Assembly (NCBI GenBank): GCA_003990765.1
Contig: RBNJ01000236.1
Coordinates: 1-35,868, forward strand
DNA: 35,868 nucleotides
Direction: 5' to 3'
DNA from: Jimgerdemannia flammicorona
Taxonomy: Eukaryota
The position numbers and the translations under genes were made by a program. Under the pieces are notes generated by a model. That model was not told the origin of the DNA. It saw only the letters and a program-made list of their open reading frames with translations, and did not search any database. Every line of letters begins with the position of its first letter. The stretch's first letter is position 1. Shown one piece after another: positions 32,016 to 35,868 of the stretch.

Positions 32016-34040
32016 ATGACCCCACAACAAGAACGACCACCGTCGTCTCTTCCCTGGGAGATCATTTATGCAATACACACTCATCTTAAAGACGAAGGTT
32101 GCTTCCGCGATCTGCGCGAATGCCTCTTTGTCAGCCGTCAGTTCTGGTCCTCAAGCCGCCTCTTGCTTCGCCACACCGTCGTGATTAGGACGCGTCCGCG
32201 CTTCCGCCGCTTCCTTGCCACCCTGCGCGAAGATGCGACCCACCCGCCCATGGGCCAAATCGTAAAGGCCCTGGAACTCATCAACATTGGCCTGACGAAC
32301 GAGGAGCTGGTGGAGCTCGGTGCCCTCCTCCCTAACATCGAGCGTCTCGACTTCGACATCCGCGCCTGGCAAAACCTTATCCCGCCCGCCAACTTCTTCC
32401 TCACATGGCCGAACCTCACCGACGTTGGCGACATCAGCCGTCCGCGCGTCCTTAAAACCCTCTGTGAAACGCATGGTTTCCGCCTCACCAGCCTCTGCAT
32501 CAGCTGGCAGGCAGTCGAGTCCATCAACGACCTCCCCACCTGGGTCCCCGGTCTCCGCCGCCTTGTCATCCACAACGACGACCACAAGTTCAGATGGGCT
32601 CTCAATCCCTCATTCCTCAACCACCTCGAGCACAGCTGCCCGCTTCTCGAGTCCCTGAGCATCTCCTCGTGCCGTATCCAGGATATCGACCACATCGACC
32701 TTGATAACCATCCACGGAACCAGACCCTCCGCGACCTCACATTCGCACCGCACGAGATCAGTGCCAAGTGGGTTGTCTACATCGCATATCGATACCCGGA
32801 ACTCCGCGCTCTCAACCTTTTCATCCCGCCATCGGCCCCCACCATAGGTGATAAGAACATGCAGGCTGCGCTGATGGAGGTCGCGCATCGATGCCCACGC
32901 CTTGAGCGGTTCAGGTACACCAATTCGTGGCTCATGCATAACATCGGGCCGAAGGGACTGTTCTTCGAGTACCTTGTCAATGCTGCAGGCGAGGATCCCC
33001 CGCTGAGGGAGCTACAGCTTGCAAACATCCAGTCGTTTAATGACGACGACGTGTTCAGCCTTGCCATCACTATCGGGCCCAACCTCACCAAGCTCGACCT
33101 ATCGTTCCTCTGGAAGATGACCTCCTCAGGCCTCATGGCCGCTCTAGAGAACTGTAAGAACCTTAGAGAGCTGACGGTCGGCGGGAAGGTGTTGGGGCAG
33201 CCCGAATTCGAGTTCATGCCAGAGGTCGTCGCAAATGCGTGTCCCAAATTGAGGATACTGACGTTAAAGCATTTAACCATCGTGATGGACACGCCGAGTG
33301 ATACGGAGAGGATGGTGGACACGTCGGGTGATGCGGAGAGGATGGCGGAGGGAGACGAACAAGACGCGCTCCGTCAAGCCGACCAGGACGACAGATCGAC
33401 CACGGTCCACCCACCGTCGCGACTCGAGGAGCTCTGGCTCCACTCTGTTCGGTTCCCACCCACGTTTCCGTCCTTTCTCGCCCTCGCCGAACGCCTTCAC
33501 ACTCTCGTCATGAGGGACTCGGGCCAGGTTGTCGAACTTCTCGACGAAGACGACAGCGGTGACAAGTCTGCGCCCGTGGAGGAGACCGATCTCGTGACGT
33601 GTTATGCGTCCCTTGCACGTCGTTTGACACTCCAGCAACGTACCATTGCGTTCAGGTTCCCGCGCCGTGCCATTCAGAATATATCGGTCTCGTGTCCGTT
33701 TGTCGAAGTCGTCAAGGGGGGAAGCTGGAGGGGTCCAGTTGACGCGATGGGGGAGGGAGAAGGGGAGCGTGTGCTTGAGCATGTGAGATTGACGCATGTG
33801 GAACATCGGGTTGGATTGACGGTGGTGGAGATGGAACGGTTAGGGGTTGCGACAGTGGATGGTGGACCGGCGGAACATGGAAAGGCACATACTCTATATT
33901 ACGAGCAGAAGGCGCTGAACAAGCATATGCCAAAGAGGGTCGCGGAACCGTCGAATGGAATCGTGGTCGAGGTGGAGTGCGGAAGGATACATAGTCTCGT
34001 GTTCGAGGGGGCTTTATTGAAGGGAAGTTTGTTATGGTGA
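32016..34040 (+). CDS. F-box-like protein with RNI-like leucine-rich repeats, single exon, 674 aa
   Basis: N-terminal SSLPWEIIYAI...LRECLFVSRQFW; repeats LPNIERLDF, SCPLLESLSI, RYPELRALNL, RCPRLERF, NCKNLRELTV, ACPKLRILTL. Confidence 0.82.
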   Translation: MTPQQERPPSSLPWEIIYAIHTHLKDEGCFRDLRECLFVSRQFWSSSRLLLRHTVVIRTRPRFRRFLATLREDATHPPMGQIVKALELINIGLTNEELVELGALLPNIERLDFDIRAWQNLIPPANFFLTWPNLTDVGDISRPRVLKTLCETHGFRLTSLCISWQAVESINDLPTWVPGLRRLVIHNDDHKFRWALNPSFLNHLEHSCPLLESLSISSCRIQDIDHIDLDNHPRNQTLRDLTFAPHEISAKWVVYIAYRYPELRALNLFIPPSAPTIGDKNMQAALMEVAHRCPRLERFRYTNSWLMHNIGPKGLFFEYLVNAAGEDPPLRELQLANIQSFNDDDVFSLAITIGPNLTKLDLSFLWKMTSSGLMAALENCKNLRELTVGGKVLGQPEFEFMPEVVANACPKLRILTLKHLTIVMDTPSDTERMVDTSGDAERMAEGDEQDALRQADQDDRSTTVHPPSRLEELWLHSVRFPPTFPSFLALAERLHTLVMRDSGQVVELLDEDDSGDKSAPVEETDLVTCYASLARRLTLQQRTIAFRFPRRAIQNISVSCPFVEVVKGGSWRGPVDAMGEGEGERVLEHVRLTHVEHRVGLTVVEMERLGVATVDGGPAEHGKAHTLYYEQKALNKHMPKRVAEPSNGIVVEVECGRIHSLVFEGALLKGSLLW

Positions 34041-34099
34041 GGTGGATGTGGTTATTTTTTATTTTTTGGGAGATGGAGTTGAACATCTACATTGAAACC

Positions 34100-35868
34100 T
34101 ATATATTTTCTTGTCAAACCTCACATTACTGTGTAAGTTTAAAGTAATGTATATACAAGTTTCATAAGGGAGTATGCTCTTGCATCAGTTCTTTCAGACT
34201 GACTTGTTTTGTTAGTGGTAAGATGATAGAGGAGAATATTCTAGACACTATTGATATCTTTATTAAGCTCTGTCTGATATACTGGATAGTAAAATATCTT
34301 AGATTTATTCAGAATATAATGAAGATGATATAATAGTAAATATATAACTTAAAAAGTATATTAGATTTTTTTATCTTAAATTCTTAATCTTCTTAACTTC
34401 TTAGAGTTAGTTGTAATGAGTACAAAGGTGGTATCTATCTGAAAGTTTTATTATCAGACTACTAGAGTAAGATCAAAATGTAAAATAATATATCTGAAAA
34501 TCTCATTATTAGAATACTTTTCATTTTACTAAATTCTGTTAATTAGAGATTTATTTATTAATAATTCTAGAGTTATTTGTATAAGTTTACTAAATATATA
34601 ATAGCTAAGTTGAGTTATTTTTATAAGAGAAATATTATTTAAAAATATTATATAAAAATATTATTATAATATTTATATATTTTATAAATTAAGTAAAAGT
34701 ATAAATATATAGTATATTATAGAGTATATCTATTGCTATATATATTTTGACTATTGCTATAATACTTTCATTATCTCTATATATATTATTAGTTATTATT
34801 ATATATATATATATATATATATTTAACTAAGACCATATATATATACCTCTTTATAGAGCTATTATAATAATCTGTAAGAGGGTTGCTTTTTAGAGTAACT
34901 GTTACGTAGTTCTGGAAGGGTTTTCTGAAAGTTCTGGATATTCTGGATGTTCTGGAAGACCATTTTCTTATGGTCAAGATCAATTTCATATGGAGTACAT
35001 CCTCTATACTTATTGATTTTAAGATTGGGTTGACGTTTCAACCAAAGTTCTTTTTTGGACTAGTTCTGGGTATTCAGGATTTTCCATATTTCAGAAAGTT
35101 CAAGAAACTAAGACCAGCTTAGTTGAATTGGCATATTGCTGCAGACAATACCCAATTAGGAAATTTTGTGATAGAGTTAGGAGTGGGACCTAATAGAGAG
35201 CAGATTTACTTAAGAGTTATTAAATAGGTTTATTCGCTATTCATAATATTGCTATACTAGGAGTTGTTGTGTGAAGGGATATTTGTGGGGAAGTGCTCAA
35301 GAGTTGTGTTTGGAATGTTTAGGTCTGAGATTTTGAGGTCTGGGGGAGGGGGTATTTATATATACTAGTGAGGGGCTATCTGGATTATGCTGAATATGGA
35401 TATAGCACTAAGTGCCTTGCTAAGTTGGAATGCAATCACATAGTACAAGTATGATCTAATATGTCAAGAGATTGTCTGACTGCTGAGTCAGTTCACAGTC
35501 AGGTTATACAAGGCTAATCTAACTATACTATGACTGCTAGGCTATTTATAGATTTAGGCACTGTCTGGGTAGTCCTTGATGATATCACCATTGATTGCAT
35601 CATCTCTGATGAAGTAGTTATCTAGGAAGAGTGGTTCACAGATTACTTCTCCTTATTCACTGAGGTAATAATACATTGGAACTTCATCTCCATCCCACAA
35701 GATAGCATCATCTGTCTCATATACTGGATAAGGTATTGGTGGGTGAAGGAGGGATGCATCATCTTCACTTTCATCGATTTTGCTATCTGCATACCTTCTA
35801 TAGGTTACAGCACTATGAGTCGCAGGGTTGTAGTAAGCTGGTGGTTGTGGTTTATGTTTTTTTTTTTT
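34100..35868. repeat. CpG-depleted, AT-rich decayed repeat or gene relic block
   Basis: Abrupt compositional switch after the F-box stop, very few CG, TA-rich tracts, broken minus-strand reading frames. Family not recognised. Confidence 0.55.

Overview
Eukaryotic, almost certainly fungal DNA: it has spliceosomal GT-AG introns and a Mim2 gene. A TBC1D5-type RabGAP and a RabGGTase alpha subunit with Ig-like and LRR domains suggest an early-diverging, Mucoromycota-like lineage (inference only). The window has three compartments. (1) 1-~12600 is a nested transposon graveyard. It holds a young Ty1/copia 5' end (intact gag, 163-bp LTR, half-tRNA PBS) and a full-length but hypermutated Ty3/gypsy chromovirus (3211-9961) with a dUTPase between its Gag zinc knuckle and protease. 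It also holds four copies of one foldback hAT-type MITE, a CpG-rich candidate solo LTR, and older unrecognisable relics. Apart from the youngest insertions this block is nearly devoid of CpG and shows RIP-like C>T/G>A hypermutation. (2) ~12600-34100 is a GC-normal island with seven genes: TBC1D5-like RabGAP (11 exons), MIM2, TTI1, two F-box/LRR genes, Rab geranylgeranyltransferase alpha (10 exons), and a two-repeat Myb/SANT protein with nine SUMO consensus sites and a SIM. (3) ~34100-end is another CpG-depleted relic block. The most notable items are the dUTPase-bearing chromovirus, the CpA-biased hypermutation, reciprocal MITE/gypsy nesting and the SUMO-array Myb protein. All calls were made by eye from the sequence, with no database searches.
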